Origin: Leucobacter sp.
Lineage (GTDB): Bacteria > Actinomycetota > Actinomycetes > Actinomycetales > Microbacteriaceae
Length of the DNA: 64,000 bases
Direction: 5' to 3'
Assembly: GCA_041655455.1 (NCBI GenBank)
Contig: JBBAFK010000010.1
Location: forward strand, 1,161 to 65,160
Part shown: positions 18,063 through 27,769 of the stretch, piece by piece
Position numbering within the stretch: position 1 is the first letter of the stretch
Layout of the letters: the number at the start of each line of letters is the position of its first letter
Position numbers and translations under genes: made by a program
The notes under the pieces: generated by a model
Told to the model about the DNA's origin: nothing
What the model saw: the letters and a program-made list of their open reading frames with translations, nothing else
Databases searched by the model: none

Positions 18063-19555
18063 TCACAGACAGGCCCGGCTGACGTACTCGACATTCTGGC
18101 AGTCCTCGGGGATCTCCTCGACGATCGCACCGTCACGCATGATCAAGATCCGATCGGCGTACTCCACGACCTCCTCAATGTCGGATGACGAGACGATCAC
18201 CGCGCAGCCACGATCGGCGAGCTCGCGCAGCCCCGCATAGATCTCCTTGCGCGCGGCGATGTCGACACCCTCCGTCGGCTCGTCGAACATGAAGACCTTC
18301 GCGTCGCTGAGCAACCAGCGGGCGATGACGACCTTCTGTTGATTGCCACCGCTGAGCTCGCCGACGTACATGCGCGCTGCGCCGGCGGGCTTCGTATCGA
18401 GCTGATCGAGAACTCGGGTGACCGTCTTTACCTCACCGGCCTTGTTTATGAGCGGGTTTTTCAATCGCTTCCCCGCTCTCAACGTCGCCATCATGACGTT
18501 CTCCGTCACGTCGAGGTCAGGGATGACCGAGGTACGCATCCGCCCCTCCGGCACGAACGCCAGCCCCTGCTTGACAGCAGCTCGTGGCGACGAGGCGCTG
18601 AGCGGCCGCCCACCGACCTCGAGGCGATCTGCCTCCGGCCGGCCATGCATACCCCAGATCGTGTTGAGCAGCGAGCTCCGACCGGCCCCAATCAGGCCTG
18701 TGATACCGAGCACCTCGCCCCGATGGACCTCAAAGCTCACCTCCCTGAGCTTCTCAGGGGTGCGCAAGTTCTCAACACGCATGAGCGCCTCCGCCTGGCC
18801 CACGGACTCGCGCCTGGCGACTTGCGCATCCGTCTGACCGCCATGCATTACACCATGGCTGCCGGAGATGATGTCGGCCAGACCGTCTTTCGTGAGCTCA
18901 CCGGATGGTAGGTCGCAGATGATAGCTCCCATCGACATCCCGATCACTCGGTCGGAGATATCAAGCACCTCTTGGAGCCGGTGGAGATATAGATGAACGC
19001 GATGCCCTGCTGCTTCAGCGTTTCGACGATGGTAAAGAGCCGACGCGTCTCCGCACTCGAGAACGCCGCCGTGGGCTCGTCGAGGATCATGATCTTCGGC
19101 TCACGGACCAGGGCCCGGCCGATCATGGTCAAGCGGTGCAACGCAGGTGACACATCTCCCGCAGGAGTGCGCAGAACCCCTGTCAGTCCGAGCGACTGGG
19201 CTGCGGACTCTAACTTCTCCCGCGAAACGAGTCCACCGAGCAGGATGTTCTCCTCGACGGTGAGCTCAGGGACGATAGCGAACTGCTGAGGCACCAAACT
19301 CACCCCCTGTTTAGTGGCCTCCTTAGGGCTCCAGTTCTCCACCACCTCCCCGGCGATCTCCAACGTGCCCTCATCCGCTTGTACGAATCCGGCGATGATC
19401 TTACTCACGGTCGATTTCCCTGCGCCGTTGTGCCCAACGAACGCCACTACCTCACCGGGAGCGAGATCCATGGAGAAGTCCCGGAGTGCGGTAGTGCCGC
19501 CGTAACGCTTTGAGAGGTGCTGAGCACGCAGCACCGGAACGGGCTGCTCCGACAT
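18063..19555 (-). pseudogene. CUT2-type sugar ABC transporter ATP-binding protein (two ABC domains), interrupted by a -1 frameshift
   Basis: ORFs 18944..19555 (Walker A GHNGAGKST) and 18063..18968 (second domain GLIGAGRSS, LSGGNQQK) are halves of one gene. Sequence atctccaccggctccaagaggtg reads YISTGSKRC* in one frame and HRLQEVLDISDRV in the other. One C appears to be missing from the expected tcc-cac (plus strand ~18981-18985). Confidence 0.8.
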
Positions 19556-19556
19556 G

Positions 19557-20561
19557 TCAGACGCCTCCCTTACCCGTGATCGCGCGCGCGAACCAGACTG
19601 CACCGAGCAGGATACCGCCCTGGAAAAAGTAGCTCGTGTAGCCGCCGACGTTGGCGAGCAGCAGACCGTTCGAGACGATGGAGGCCAACAGCGCGCCGAC
19701 GAGCGTCCCTGGGATGTTAAACTTACCCACCTTGAACATCGCTGCGCCGATGAAGCAGGCGGCGAAGGAGGGCAGCAGAACCTGTAGTCCCGTGAGCGGG
19801 TAGGCCTGTGCCTGGCGGCCGGTGTAAAGGACACCGGCGAGGACACAGAGCACCGCGGTGATGATGAATCCGACAAGGATCACCCGGCGTACATTGACAC
19901 CGGAGAACTTCGCCGCCTCGACGTTCGATCCGACTGCCTTTAGCTCTCGCCCGAGGCGGGTCTTGTCCAGCATGAGCCAGACGAGACCCGCCACGATCGG
20001 AGCGATCCAGACGAGCATCGGGATGCCAAGCGGCGAGGAACGGACGAAATCGACGAGCGCCGGGTCGATCCCGACCGCGATCGACTTGCTGTCCGAGACA
20101 AAGAACTCCCCACCGTTGAGCAGCGATCCCGCAGCGATCGTCACCACAAGGGCGTTCAGTCCCCGATACGCAACGAACCACCCGATGATCGTGCCGATCG
20201 CCAGCGCCACGACCACCATGATCAGCAACATCGAACCGAGCGTCAGGTTGAAGTTCGCCATCAGCGCGGCCGAGAAGACCGTCGCGAAGCCCGCCACGGC
20301 CTGGATCGAGAGGTCGAACTGGCCCATAATTAGTACGACGGTCAGACCGCACGCAACGATCGCGGGCAGCATCGCCGACTCCAGAATCGTAGTGATGTTC
20401 CCCCACGACAGGAATCTCTCGTTGATCAGCTGGAACACCAGTACGAGTACGACCATGGTGAATGGCACTCCCCACGGACCCAGTCTCCGTCGCAGAATCG
20501 TGCCCCGCGACACCACTCGTGCAGGGGCCGCCTCGGCTACTCTTTCCGCCGTCTCGGTCAT
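19557..20561 (-). CDS. Sugar ABC transporter permease (RbsC/CUT2 type)
   Basis: About 10 TM helices with GQFDLSIQAVAGFA and GRELKAVGSNVEAAKFSGVNV motifs. The stop lies 1 nt from the ATPase start. Confidence 0.88.
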   Translation of the reverse strand: MTETAERVAEAAPARVVSRGTILRRRLGPWGVPFTMVVLVLVFQLINERFLSWGNITTILESAMLPAIVACGLTVVLIMGQFDLSIQAVAGFATVFSAALMANFNLTLGSMLLIMVVVALAIGTIIGWFVAYRGLNALVVTIAAGSLLNGGEFFVSDSKSIAVGIDPALVDFVRSSPLGIPMLVWIAPIVAGLVWLMLDKTRLGRELKAVGSNVEAAKFSGVNVRRVILVGFIITAVLCVLAGVLYTGRQAQAYPLTGLQVLLPSFAACFIGAAMFKVGKFNIPGTLVGALLASIVSNGLLLANVGGYTSYFFQGGILLGAVWFARAITGKGGV

Positions 20562-20590
20562 GCTGAAATCTCCTCAGTCTCGTCGTTGGC

Positions 20591-21748
20591 CTAGGCGTCG
20601 CACTGGAACTGACCGCCCCAGGCCTTGACCATCGAGTCCTTCCACTCGCCGCCGTTCTGGCTCCAGCCGATACCCGAGGCGACACCCTCACCGTTGAGCT
20701 CGTCCGCCGTCGACTTGGTGAAGAGCTTCAAGGGCGCAGGATTCTCGAACGCCTCGAGCCGGTTCGCGTCATTACCGGCGAGCTGGTTCAAGATGCTCTC
20801 GACGGTCTTGTACGACTCGTAGTCGAAGTCCATCCAGGTCATCGCCTGGAACGGGTTCTCCGGGTCCTGGAGCGCCGCGATGCCGACCGACTGAGCGACC
20901 GGGCCGTAGACCCCGATGTCGGCGCCATTCTTCAGCACCGCCTGCGCACTCGTGGTCACTGTCACCGGATATATGTTCCAGATGGCCTTTAGATCGGGGT
21001 GCTTCGTCATGAAGCCGTCGACCATGCGGGTGGTGCTGCCCTCGAGATCGGTGAAGTCGATATCGGCGCTGTCGACAATCTTGATACGCGGGTAGCTCTC
21101 GGCGAGGCTCTGCACCGCCTGGTTGCGTGGCTGGAAGATGTCACCGTTCGAGTTGACCAGCGCGACCTCGATATCGCCTTCAGGGTACTTGAGGGAGAGG
21201 TCGGAGAACATGTATGTCGCGAGCAGCGCACCATCCATACTCATCGGGACCGTGTAGTCACTGGTGATCATCGGATCGAGTGCCGAGAACGACCACTGCC
21301 CAAACACCGGGATGCCCGCTGCCTCCGCCTCCTCGAGCTGTGCCTGCACGTCGCGGGCGCTCACGACCATGAGGATGATGGCGTCGACGCCCTGGTTCAC
21401 ATAGGCCGAAACGGCCTGCTGCGACTTGGCAGCCTCGCCCTGCGAATCGGATTCCAGGAACTCCCAGTTCAAGCCTGCCTTCTCCGACGCCTGCTTGAGC
21501 GCGGCGACGAGGGTGCCCTCGTTCTCATCAGCGGACGTGAGGTGCACGACGCCGATGGTCTTGTTCGTGTAGTCCTCGCAGATATCCCCCTCAAGGACCG
21601 GCTCTGAAGAACTGCCGCTCCCGCTCGCGGCCCCTGTGCCGGTGTCGGCCTTGGTGCAACCGGTGAACAGCAGTGATGCCGCAGCGATCGGTGCGATCCA
21701 CTTCGCGTGGCGCTTGAAGCGAGTCCGGTTATTAATGTCCGTAACCAT
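20591..21748 (-). CDS. Sugar ABC transporter substrate-binding lipoprotein
   Basis: Lipobox LLFTGCTKAD, then a periplasmic-binding-protein type I fold (IGVVHLTSADENEG..., GVDAIILMVVSARD). Confidence 0.85.
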   Translation of the reverse strand: MVTDINNRTRFKRHAKWIAPIAAASLLFTGCTKADTGTGAASGSGSSSEPVLEGDICEDYTNKTIGVVHLTSADENEGTLVAALKQASEKAGLNWEFLESDSQGEAAKSQQAVSAYVNQGVDAIILMVVSARDVQAQLEEAEAAGIPVFGQWSFSALDPMITSDYTVPMSMDGALLATYMFSDLSLKYPEGDIEVALVNSNGDIFQPRNQAVQSLAESYPRIKIVDSADIDFTDLEGSTTRMVDGFMTKHPDLKAIWNIYPVTVTTSAQAVLKNGADIGVYGPVAQSVGIAALQDPENPFQAMTWMDFDYESYKTVESILNQLAGNDANRLEAFENPAPLKLFTKSTADELNGEGVASGIGWSQNGGEWKDSMVKAWGGQFQCDA

Positions 21749-21844
21749 GTGATCCTCCTTGACCTTGTCGGTTGAGTAGTTCCCCTCGCATGCATCTGCC
21801 GACGACCGGGAAGCTTCTGTAACTATATTGCGCTATGCGTTTTT

Positions 21845-21956
21845 CGCAAATAATAACTTCGCAAATGTTATCGAATCTCCGAAATTCCGCGCATTCTGGC
21901 GAGTACTTGACTCCGCGCCAGGTCCGATGTCACAATAATTTACGCAAATCGCAAGA
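21845..21956. promoter_or_regulatory. Divergent promoter region with clustered CGCAAAT boxes and the shared 14-mer gaatctccgaaatt
   Basis: cgcaaat occurs at 21845, 21860 and 21943, with cgcaaga at 21950. gaatctccgaaatt (21873-21886) is identical to 6498-6511. The reverse complement atttgcg also occurs at 11896-11902 in the spacer upstream of the cyclase gene. Confidence 0.4.
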
Positions 21957-22006
21957 TATTTGGATTCGTGCGGTTCAATGACGAACACCATCAGAGGGAG
22001 CACACC

Positions 22007-23107
22007 ATGGCAGCCACCGGTATCACCACAATCATCACCGAACCAGGTGAGATGGAGCATCGAGAATACCCGATCCCGGACCCGGTTCCGGGAGGCCTCG
22101 TACTCAAGATGGTCCGCGCGAACGTCTGCGGATCCGACGTAGCAATCTTGAACGGCAAGCACCCGAGCATCAATGTCGGCTGCTGCATGGGACATGAAGG
22201 GATCGGCATCGTCCACGCACTGGGCGCCGGTGTCACCACCGATTTCTCAGGAAAGCCCCTCCAGGAAGGCGACCGTGTCGTCGTGACGTACTTCCAGGCT
22301 TGCCGCCGCTGCCCCGAGTGCAACTCAGGTCACTGGAACCTGTGCCGAAACGGCTACGAGGGGTGGAGCAAGAGTGCCGATGAAGCCCCTCACTTCCACG
22401 GCACATACGGCACCCACTGGGCCGTCGGGCCGAACCAGTTCGTCTACAAGGTGCCCGACCATGTGACCAGTCGCGCCGTCTCCTCTGCCAACTGCGCTCT
22501 CTCCCAGGTGACCTTCGGCATCGAGCTCGCCGAGGTCACCCGCGGCCAGTCAGTGATCGTCCTCGGCGCCGGCGGGCTTGGGGTGTGCGCAAGCGCAGTC
22601 GCCTCGAAACGAGGCGCTGAAGTGCACGTCGCCGAGATGGTGCCCACTCGCTTGCCGAAGGCGCTCGAATTCGGCGCACATAACGCGATCGACCTCTCGC
22701 AGTCGGGGGACGGCGCAGGTCGCATCGAGCAGCTCCGCACCGCGACCGGTGGCGACGGCGCCGATGTCGTCATCGACCTCACCGGCGTCCCCGGCGCGTT
22801 CTGGGAGGGGGTGCAGGCCGTGCGAAAGGGCGGCGTTTTCATCTCCATCGGCAGCATCAGCCCAGGTCGCTACACGGATTTCGACCCCGGATACTTCACT
22901 CGCAGCGGTATCCAGATGCGAGCAGCGCTGCGCTACCCGGCCCCCGTGCTCGGGCGCGCTGTGAACTTCATCTCATCAACAACCGACCTCCCATGGGAGA
23001 CCCTCGTCGATCAGGAGTACACCTTCGACCAGGCGATGGATGGCATCAAAGCGGTCGCCGAGCGATCCATCACCCGGGGCGGCATCGTCTTCGACCCGTC
23101 CATCTGA
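22007..23107 (+). CDS. Zinc-binding medium-chain alcohol/polyol dehydrogenase
   Basis: ATG 22007 lies after an AGAGGGAG RBS. VCGSDVAILNGKH, GHEGIGIV, structural-Zn CRRCPECNSGHWNLC and Rossmann VLGAGGLGVC. Confidence 0.88.
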   Translation: MAATGITTIITEPGEMEHREYPIPDPVPGGLVLKMVRANVCGSDVAILNGKHPSINVGCCMGHEGIGIVHALGAGVTTDFSGKPLQEGDRVVVTYFQACRRCPECNSGHWNLCRNGYEGWSKSADEAPHFHGTYGTHWAVGPNQFVYKVPDHVTSRAVSSANCALSQVTFGIELAEVTRGQSVIVLGAGGLGVCASAVASKRGAEVHVAEMVPTRLPKALEFGAHNAIDLSQSGDGAGRIEQLRTATGGDGADVVIDLTGVPGAFWEGVQAVRKGGVFISIGSISPGRYTDFDPGYFTRSGIQMRAALRYPAPVLGRAVNFISSTTDLPWETLVDQEYTFDQAMDGIKAVAERSITRGGIVFDPSI

Positions 23108-23147
23108 GCCGACACGCACCGAGGATTGAAGATTTAGGAGACCACTT

Positions 23148-24575
23148 ATGACCACGCACTGCTTCATCGATGGCACCGACGTCGCGACCAAGGCTCACTA
23201 CGACAATATCGACCCCTCGACCGGAACGGTGCTCGGAGAAGTCGCCCGAGCCGGTTCTGCGGAAGTCGACATGGCGGTCGACGCCGCCCGCAAGGCGCAG
23301 CGGGGGTGGGCCGCGTCGTCGACGACGGCGCGCGCGAACGCGATCAATGCGTTCGCCGACCTCATCCGCGAGCACATCGACGAGCTCAGCCTCCTCGAGA
23401 GCGAGGACACCGGGAAGCCGATCTCGCAGGCCCGCAATGATGTGAACGTCTGCGCCCGCTACTTCCAGTTCTACTCACGGGCGATCGAGACCTTCTACGG
23501 CTACCAGATCCCGCTCGAACCGCAGTTCCAGACGGTGATCACACGCGAACCCTACGGCGTCATCGCACACATCCTGGCGTGGAACTATCCGATGCAGCTT
23601 TTCGCACGTGCTGTCGGCCCCGCGATCGCAACGGGCAATGCGGTCGTCGTGAAGCCCGCCGATGAGACCCCGCGAACCGCGGTCCGACTCGCGCAACTCG
23701 CCGTCGAGGCCGGCATCCCGGCCGGTGTAATCAACGTCATACCCGGCATCGGCACCGAGGCGGGCGCGGTGCTCTCTTCGCACACCGGCATCGACCACAT
23801 CGGTTTTGTCGGCTCGACCGTGGTCGGCAAGTCGATCGCGGCATCAGCCTCTGAGAACCTCATCCCCGCGGTCCTCGAACTCGGCGGGAAATCTCCGCAC
23901 ATCGTCTTCGCAGATGCCGATCTCGACACCGTTGTCCCGACCGCGGTCAAGACCATCATCCAGAACGCCGGGCAGACCTGCTCGGCAGGATCCCGCCTTA
24001 TCGTGGATCGTCGAGTCCATGCCGAAGTGATCGACCGCATCGCCCGCGAGATGGAGCAGCTCCGGATCGGCCGAGGCACCGACGACCCCGACCTCGGACC
24101 ACTCATCTCGCAGAAACAGCTTTCCCGGGTCGAAGGGTACGTATCGGGCGCCTCCGGAAACATCATCGCCGGCGGCGCGACGGCCGAGACAGGGAGCGGC
24201 GGATGCTTTTTCCAGGCGACCCTGATCGATGAGGTGGATCCGCGCTCCCCCATCGCCCAGGAGGAAATCTTCGGGCCCGTGCTGGTCTCGATGCCGTTCG
24301 ACGACGAGCATGAAGCGATCGACCTCGCGAACTCGACCGAGTACGGCCTCATCGCCGCCGTGTGGACGCAGAACATCGACACCGCGTTCCGAGTGTCGCA
24401 AGGAGTCCACGTGGGCCAGGTCTTCGTGAACAACTTCGGCGCCGGAGGCGGTGTCGAGCTCCCCTTCGGCGGTTTCAAGAAGTCAGGCTACGGCCGCGAG
24501 AAGGGTATCGAGGCGCTCTTCGCCACGACGCAAACGAAGACGACGATCTTCAAGATCGCCTCCCTGGCAGGTTGA
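23148..24575 (+). CDS. NAD(P)-dependent aldehyde dehydrogenase
   Basis: AWNYPMQL, VVVKPADETP, catalytic LELGGKSP and NAGQTCSAGSR, plus EEIFGPV. Confidence 0.9.
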   Translation: MTTHCFIDGTDVATKAHYDNIDPSTGTVLGEVARAGSAEVDMAVDAARKAQRGWAASSTTARANAINAFADLIREHIDELSLLESEDTGKPISQARNDVNVCARYFQFYSRAIETFYGYQIPLEPQFQTVITREPYGVIAHILAWNYPMQLFARAVGPAIATGNAVVVKPADETPRTAVRLAQLAVEAGIPAGVINVIPGIGTEAGAVLSSHTGIDHIGFVGSTVVGKSIAASASENLIPAVLELGGKSPHIVFADADLDTVVPTAVKTIIQNAGQTCSAGSRLIVDRRVHAEVIDRIAREMEQLRIGRGTDDPDLGPLISQKQLSRVEGYVSGASGNIIAGGATAETGSGGCFFQATLIDEVDPRSPIAQEEIFGPVLVSMPFDDEHEAIDLANSTEYGLIAAVWTQNIDTAFRVSQGVHVGQVFVNNFGAGGGVELPFGGFKKSGYGREKGIEALFATTQTKTTIFKIASLAG

Positions 24576-25402
24576 TGATGAGGCCGGTACTCGCCGCGCT
24601 GTTCGTTCCAGGTTCACGCCCGGATCGGTTCGAGAAGGCCAGTCGGGCGGGCGCCGACATCGTCATCATCGACCTCGAAGACGCCGTCCCCACTGAGGAT
24701 AAGGCTGCCGCGCGCGAGGCGGTCGCCTTGCATCTGGGAAAGATGGATGACACTTCCGGCTTTGCGATCCGGGTTAATCCGGTCGGAAGCGAGGAGTTCA
24801 CCGCCGACGCCGAATTGCTCGCCACGCTTAGGGCAGCTCGGCATCTTCCCGAGGCCGTCATCATCCCGAAATCGGAGGACCCTCGGTCCCTCGACGAGGT
24901 GGCGCATCAACTCGACGACGCGACCTCATGCATCGCGCTCGTCGAATCAGCAGCGGGCATTATGCGCATCGGTGAGATCGCCGGGCATGCCCGGGTCGAT
25001 CAGCTCGCATTCGGCGCAGCCGATTACGCGGCGGACGTCGGCTGCGCGCTCACTGCGGAGAGTCTGCTCCTCCCGCGGAGCGCCATCGCCGTCGCGTCGG
25101 CTGCGAACGCGCTCACCCCCCCACTCGATACCCCCTGCTTCTCCATCGAGGATTCGGAAGCAATTCGCGATCACGCCCGCCAGGGGCGCGAACTGGGGTT
25201 CGGCGGATCACTGTGCATCCATCCCGTGCAGATCCCCTACATCCGGGAGGGCTATCTCCCGAGCACCGACGAAATTGCCTGGGCCTGGAAGGTTATCGAC
25301 GGCGCATCCGAGTCCGGCGCATCCCGCGTCGGCGACGACATGGTCGATGCCCCCGTGCTGAAACGTGCGAACCGCATCGTCCGAGCTATCGAAAGTAAGT
25401 AG
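24575..25402 (+). CDS. CitE-like / HpcH-HpaI family acyl-CoA lyase (citryl-, malyl- or citramalyl-CoA lyase-like)
   Basis: ATG overlaps the ALDH stop. MMRPVLAALFVPGSRPDRFEKASRAGADIVIIDLEDAV, IALVESAAGIMRIGEIA, FGAADYAADVG and IHPVQI are typical CitE beta-subunit-like motifs. Confidence 0.85.
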   Translation: MMRPVLAALFVPGSRPDRFEKASRAGADIVIIDLEDAVPTEDKAAAREAVALHLGKMDDTSGFAIRVNPVGSEEFTADAELLATLRAARHLPEAVIIPKSEDPRSLDEVAHQLDDATSCIALVESAAGIMRIGEIAGHARVDQLAFGAADYAADVGCALTAESLLLPRSAIAVASAANALTPPLDTPCFSIEDSEAIRDHARQGRELGFGGSLCIHPVQIPYIREGYLPSTDEIAWAWKVIDGASESGASRVGDDMVDAPVLKRANRIVRAIESK

Positions 25403-25409
25403 GTCACCC

Positions 25410-26552
25410 ATGCAACCTCTTGACGACATCACCGTCGTAGCCATCGAACAGGCTGTCGCCGCACCCTTCGCGACACGCCACCTCGCCGACCTCGGAGCAC
25501 GGGTGATCAAGGTCGAACGCCCGAGCGGAGACTTCGCCCGCGCATACGACACATCGGTGCACGGGCAGTCAAGCTATTTCGTGTGGCTCAACAGGAACAA
25601 GGAAAGCATCGTACTCGACCTGAAGTCGCCTGAGGATCGCGAACTCCTGCGTGAAATGCTTCGAAGCGCCGACATCTTCATCCAGAACCTTGGCCCGGGG
25701 GCGATCGAACGACTCGGCTTCGACTACGAAACGGTCAGCACCGCGAATCCGAAGATCATTTACACGTCGATCAGCGGTTACGGAGATACGGGTTCTTACC
25801 GGGAAAAGAAAGCCTACGACTTGCTCGTCGCCTGCGAGGCCGGACTTGTCAGCATCACCGGCACCTCAGAACAACCAGCCCGGGTCGGCATCTCGGTCGT
25901 CGATATTGCTGCCGGCAGCTACGCGTTCAGCGGGATCCTCGCCGCACTCATCCAGAGGTCACGCACCGGCCGGGGTGATCACCTGCGGATCTCGCTGCTC
26001 GACGCTGTCGGGGAGTGGATGAGTCAGCCCTATCTCTTTTCGACCTATTCTGGGCGGCTCATCCAGCGCTCGGGGGCCAATCACGTGACAATCGCCCCGT
26101 ACGGACCTGCGACGACGAGCGACGGGGCCGTGTTCTTCAGCGTGCAGAACCAGGGTGCATGGGAGCGGTTCTGCGAGGTCGTACTCCAGGACTCTAGCCT
26201 CGTCGATCACCCGGACTTCGTTACCAACGACCTGCGTGTCGAGCATCGTACAGAGCTGCAGGAGCTGATCGAGAGCCGGCTCGGGCAACTCACCACCGCC
26301 GAGGCGATCACCCGACTTGACGAGGCGGAGGTCCCGAACGCCGTACTGCGATCAGTCGAGGGCTTCGCCGATCATCCACAGCTCGCCGAGCGCGCACGGT
26401 GGTCATACATCGAAACTCCCGGGGGAAGAGTGCGGGTGATCAAGCCACCGGTAGATGTCGACTCATTCGAATACCGATGGGATCCGGTGCCGAGCATCGG
26501 CGAGCAAACCGAGGCGATCCGCGCAGAGTTCTCACTCTCCCCGGAGAACTGA
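25410..26552 (+). CDS. CaiB/BaiF family III CoA-transferase (second copy)
   Basis: In-frame ATG 25410. LDDITVVAIEQAVAAPFATRHLADLGARVIKVERPSGDFAR, NRNKESIVLDLK. Confidence 0.88.
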   Translation: MQPLDDITVVAIEQAVAAPFATRHLADLGARVIKVERPSGDFARAYDTSVHGQSSYFVWLNRNKESIVLDLKSPEDRELLREMLRSADIFIQNLGPGAIERLGFDYETVSTANPKIIYTSISGYGDTGSYREKKAYDLLVACEAGLVSITGTSEQPARVGISVVDIAAGSYAFSGILAALIQRSRTGRGDHLRISLLDAVGEWMSQPYLFSTYSGRLIQRSGANHVTIAPYGPATTSDGAVFFSVQNQGAWERFCEVVLQDSSLVDHPDFVTNDLRVEHRTELQELIESRLGQLTTAEAITRLDEAEVPNAVLRSVEGFADHPQLAERARWSYIETPGGRVRVIKPPVDVDSFEYRWDPVPSIGEQTEAIRAEFSLSPEN

Positions 26553-26666
26553 ACGCCCCTGTGCTGAGCAGCTCACCCCTTTACTAAAGTCCAGACCCGT
26601 GAGCACTGTTGCACCATCTGCGGCGCGCGGCACCCAATCTGCACGACGACGATACGCTGGTGCAGT

Positions 26667-27362
26667 ATGACGGATCACAGCAACAACCGCCAGGACTCCC
26701 CCCCGGTCGAAGCGGCTGGGCAGAGCCACACCTCGGCCTACGCCCAGCTTCTCGAGCGGATCACCAACGGGGAGCTTCCGCCGGGCGCGCGCCTGCGCGA
26801 GGCCGCCCTCGCGGATGAGCTCGGGGTGAGCCGCACCCCGGTGCGGGAGGCCCTACGATCACTCGCCGCCGAGGGTCTGGTCGACATCATCCGCAATCGG
26901 GGCGCTCAGGTGCGCAGCTGGACCGTCGAACAGCTCGAGGACACCTACGCGCTTCGCTCCCTACTCGAGGGCTACGCTGCCCGCCGGGCGGTGGAGCGCT
27001 CTGACGAAGTGGGCCTCGCCCGGCTCCGCGAGCTCCAGGACGAATTGGAGAATGCCGTAGAGCGCCGACCGGCCGGATGGCTCGACACGGTAGCCGATGC
27101 CAATTCCCGGTTCCACGCCGTCATCATCGAGCTCGCAGCCACCCCGTTCCTTAGCGGCATCATCGCCACGCTGCACTCGGCCTCATTCGTCCGGCGAGCG
27201 TTTCGCGGCTATTCCAGCCAGGATCTGCAGCGGACGATCGTCGCGCACCGCGACATCATCCGAGGCATCGAACAACGAAATTCCGAGCTCAGCGCCGCGG
27301 CCATGCAGGCGCACATCCTCGCAGCCGTCCCTGCAGCCGTCCACGTACTGAGCAACTCGTAA
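26667..27362 (+). CDS. GntR family transcriptional regulator (FCD subfamily)
   Basis: LREAALADELGVSRTPVREALRSLAAEGLVDIIRNRGAQV wHTH, followed by an FCD-type helical domain. Confidence 0.85.
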   Translation: MTDHSNNRQDSPPVEAAGQSHTSAYAQLLERITNGELPPGARLREAALADELGVSRTPVREALRSLAAEGLVDIIRNRGAQVRSWTVEQLEDTYALRSLLEGYAARRAVERSDEVGLARLRELQDELENAVERRPAGWLDTVADANSRFHAVIIELAATPFLSGIIATLHSASFVRRAFRGYSSQDLQRTIVAHRDIIRGIEQRNSELSAAAMQAHILAAVPAAVHVLSNS

Positions 27363-27400
27363 CCCGTGCGAACTCACGCCCACGAGTCGCGAAACCGGGG

Positions 27401-27447
27401 GAAAAATGCAGGCGAGCCTGGATCTTGATGGATCCGGGCCCGCCTGC
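27401..27447 (-). terminator. Rho-independent terminator after rpsN (also faces the convergent GntR gene)
   Basis: 17-bp imperfect hairpin gcaggcgagcctggatc / gatccgggcccgcctgc (27408-27447). On the minus strand it is followed by ATTTTTC. Confidence 0.65.
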
Positions 27448-27461
27448 CTAGCGTCGTCTTG

Positions 27462-27767
27462 TTACCAGCTCGACTTGGTGATGCCGGGCAGCTCGCCGCG
27501 GTGCGCCATCTCACGGAAGCGCACACGCGAGATGCCGTACTTCGACAGCACGCCACGGGGGCGGCCGTCGATGACGTCGCGGCTGCGAACGCGCACCGGC
27601 GAGGCGTTGCGGGGCAGCTTCTGCAGGCCCACGCGAGCGGCCTCACGGCTCTCATCGGTGCCGTTGGGGTCGACGAGCGCCTTCTTGAGCTCGGCACGCT
27701 TCTCGGCGTACCGCTCAACGATTGCCTGGCGCTGCTTGTTCTTGGCGATCATGCTCTTCTTAGCCAT
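27462..27767 (-). CDS. rpsN: 30S ribosomal protein S14, long (101 aa) Cys-less form
   Basis: [29 protein letters not shown]...[43 protein letters not shown]. Confidence 0.93.
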   Translation of the reverse strand: MAKKSMIAKNKQRQAIVERYAEKRAELKKALVDPNGTDESREAARVGLQKLPRNASPVRVRSRDVIDGRPRGVLSKYGISRVRFREMAHRGELPGITKSSW

Positions 27768-27769
27768 GC

